DNA from: Deinococcaceae bacterium
GTDB lineage: Bacteria; Deinococcota; Deinococci; Deinococcales; Trueperaceae
Length of the DNA stretch: 27,601 nucleotides
NCBI GenBank assembly: GCA_040256005.1
Contig: JBDZWC010000013.1
Span: 1 to 27,601 of the forward strand
Direction of reading: 5' to 3'
Positions within the stretch are counted from its first letter, which is position 1. Every line of letters starts with the position of its first letter. The position numbers and the translations under genes are program-made. The notes under the pieces were generated by a model. That model did no database searches, was not told the origin of the DNA, and saw nothing but the letters and a program-made list of their open reading frames with translations. Shown piece by piece: positions 26,158 to 27,601 of the stretch.

Positions 26158-26928
26158 TCAGCGCGCTGCGGCTACCTCCTCTGCGAGAACCGCGCCGAAC
26201 TCATTTCCCCAGGAGTTGCGGACGAAGGTGATGACCGCCGAGATCTGGTCGTCCGAGAGGACGTCCTTGAACGGCGGCATGCCGTGCTCGATGAACCCGT
26301 TCAGCACGCGCCCCACCACGTAGTCCTCGTCTGCGAGCGCGGTGTTGCCGGCGAAGCGAGGTCCGATCAGGCCCTGGCCCTCGGCGCCGTGACAGACGGC
26401 GCAGTTGGAAGAGAAGACTTGATGCCCCGCCTCCATGACCGCCGCCATCTGCTCCTCGGGAAGAGTGACGACGTCAGCCGCCACCTCTTCGGTGATCGCT
26501 TGACCGGCGGGTGAGACCAGGTAGAACTGGTCCCCGAGGCGCTGGCCCCTAGTTTGGCCGGCCTCCGCGTCGCGCCTGAAGGTGTAGAGCGGGTGGCCGC
26601 CGTAGGTGACCTGAACGGTGCCGTCCGGACGCTCGACCGTGCCTACGAGCGCGGCGTCGAGCCTGTCCCCGACGCTGGGTTCGCTGCCGGCGTCCACGGT
26701 CAAGGGTGGCCAGTTGTTGGTGCAAGCGTCGACGCATGCGCTGGCGCCCTCTTCGTCGAGGACGTAGAGGTAGAGGCTGTTGCCGTTGGCGTCGACGAGA
26801 TGGTCGCCCCACCTCTCGTCATGGGCGAGGCCGAGCGTCGCGGCCGCGGCTTGGGCTAGGACGTACCCCGCCACCAGTGCTGTGAGGGCGGCCGCGAGGG
26901 CGAGGGTTCGAGACGATGCGGTCTTCAA
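26158..26928 (-). CDS. Secreted COG4315 (Lipoprotein_15 repeat) domain fused to class I cytochrome c
   Basis: Signal peptide, LVDANGNSLY..D..SACVDAC..NWPP..RPDG..QVTYGGHPLY.F..D, then CAVCH, GP, GMPPF (axial Met), FVRNSWGN. TTG start with GGAG RBS. Confidence 0.86.
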   Translation of the reverse strand: MKTASSRTLALAAALTALVAGYVLAQAAAATLGLAHDERWGDHLVDANGNSLYLYVLDEEGASACVDACTNNWPPLTVDAGSEPSVGDRLDAALVGTVERPDGTVQVTYGGHPLYTFRRDAEAGQTRGQRLGDQFYLVSPAGQAITEEVAADVVTLPEEQMAAVMEAGHQVFSSNCAVCHGAEGQGLIGPRFAGNTALADEDYVVGRVLNGFIEHGMPPFKDVLSDDQISAVITFVRNSWGNEFGAVLAEEVAAAR

Positions 26929-26999
26929 GTTGTCTCCGCCTTTCGAGTAGGCGCGCTGAGGTGTTAGGCGGACGCAGTCGACGTTGATTGACTACGCTC

Positions 27000-27019
27000 G
27001 AGTGGCCTTCAGGCCACTC
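27000..27019. promoter_or_regulatory. Perfect inverted repeat upstream of the cytochrome/PQQ-dehydrogenase operon
   Basis: GAGTGGCCT-TC-AGGCCACTC, about 70 nt upstream of TTG 26928. Confidence 0.45.
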
Positions 27020-27542
27020 ATCTCGGCGGCTGTCGTGCTTGACGGGTTCCTCCGATCGTGCCGATCGCGGAGCCCGGAGCAGCGACGGCCGAATCGTATA
27101 TCGGGACGTTTGTCCCAGGCAACCCGAAAAGGACCTAACTGACCTGGAGATGCGCAGCATATATCCGAGACCGCGTCCATGCGCGACATACGGGAGCCGT
27201 GGTCTTGTCGATCCGGCCCCGGATATGCCTCTTTGACAGGCATACCGAGGTGGGTCAGACGACCCAAGGGGCAGGCTGCCGGCGCTGGGAAATCGGACCT
27301 CGGCACGCTCGACACCTCGCTGGGAGGGCTACTGGGGTATGCCCAGCTCCCCACTACCCCGGCACGACGTGCTAATATCCTTCTTTGCGCGCTTCCCGGG
27401 GCAGGGCCCGCTGGGCCACGGCACACGCTAAGTCCCCCGCTGAGTGAGCGCCGAGATCGGGTCCGGGTGTGCCGGGCCTGGGGACCAAGCAGTCGCGCCG
27501 CCTCGGTGGAGGGCGGTCGCTTTCACGTGCAGAGGAGAACAG

Positions 27543-27601
27543 GTGGCGAAGACCAGCGAGACCAGGCTCGAAGAGGCCTCCGTAGCAGCGGCTGCCGCCG
27601 A
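27543..27601 (+). CDS. 5' end of a divergent gene, truncated by the window edge
   Basis: GAGGAG RBS, then GTG 27543 and an open frame (VAKTSETRLEEASVAAAAA..) to the edge. Confidence 0.5.
   Translation, partial: MAKTSETRLEEASVAAAAA

Noticed and set aside
27112..27150. GGCAACCCGAAAAGGACCTAA as a c-di-GMP-I riboswitch candidate
   Set aside because: Only superficial word matches. It lacks the GACGCAAA junction and a proper second stem.
27360..27376. CGGCACGACGTGCT as a sigma-54 promoter
   Set aside because: The GG-to-GC spacing is 8 nt rather than the required 10.
26819..27426. Short ORFs in the upstream intergenic region
   Set aside because: No convincing RBS or coding-like composition, and they overlap one another.

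Overview
A GC-rich bacterial chromosomal window with about 27 genes and no rRNA, tRNA, CRISPR array or recognisable mobile element. Many genes have a TAnnnT -10 box 5-7 nt before the start codon and no Shine-Dalgarno, and several signal peptides cleave at '..AQ'. Together these suggest a Deinococcota (Truepera-like) organism, which is an inference only. The left and middle parts carry detoxification, stress and housekeeping genes: a glyoxalase/dioxygenase fragment, CX5R phosphatase, YpfJ-like Zn peptidase, aldo/keto reductase, TipA-like MerR regulator with a 19-bp-spacer promoter/operator, AlkZ-like glycosylase, MFS pump, DedA, metallophosphoesterase, DegT aminotransferase, ChaB, FAD oxidoreductase, M48/DUF45 peptidase, Hsp20, MsrA, PepA, a peptide ABC set lacking ATPases, and a GGDEF-EAL protein. 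The most notable locus is the three-gene minus-strand cluster at 22150-26928. It encodes a periplasmic PQQ alcohol/methanol dehydrogenase with the lanthanide-type W-D-x-D motif and two apparently fused partners: a COG4315-repeat/cytochrome c fusion and an MxaJ/XoxJ plus type-I binding-protein (LutA-like) fusion. This looks like a non-canonical xoxGFJ-like lanthanide-dependent oxidation system. All family assignments come from motif recognition by eye; no database search was run.
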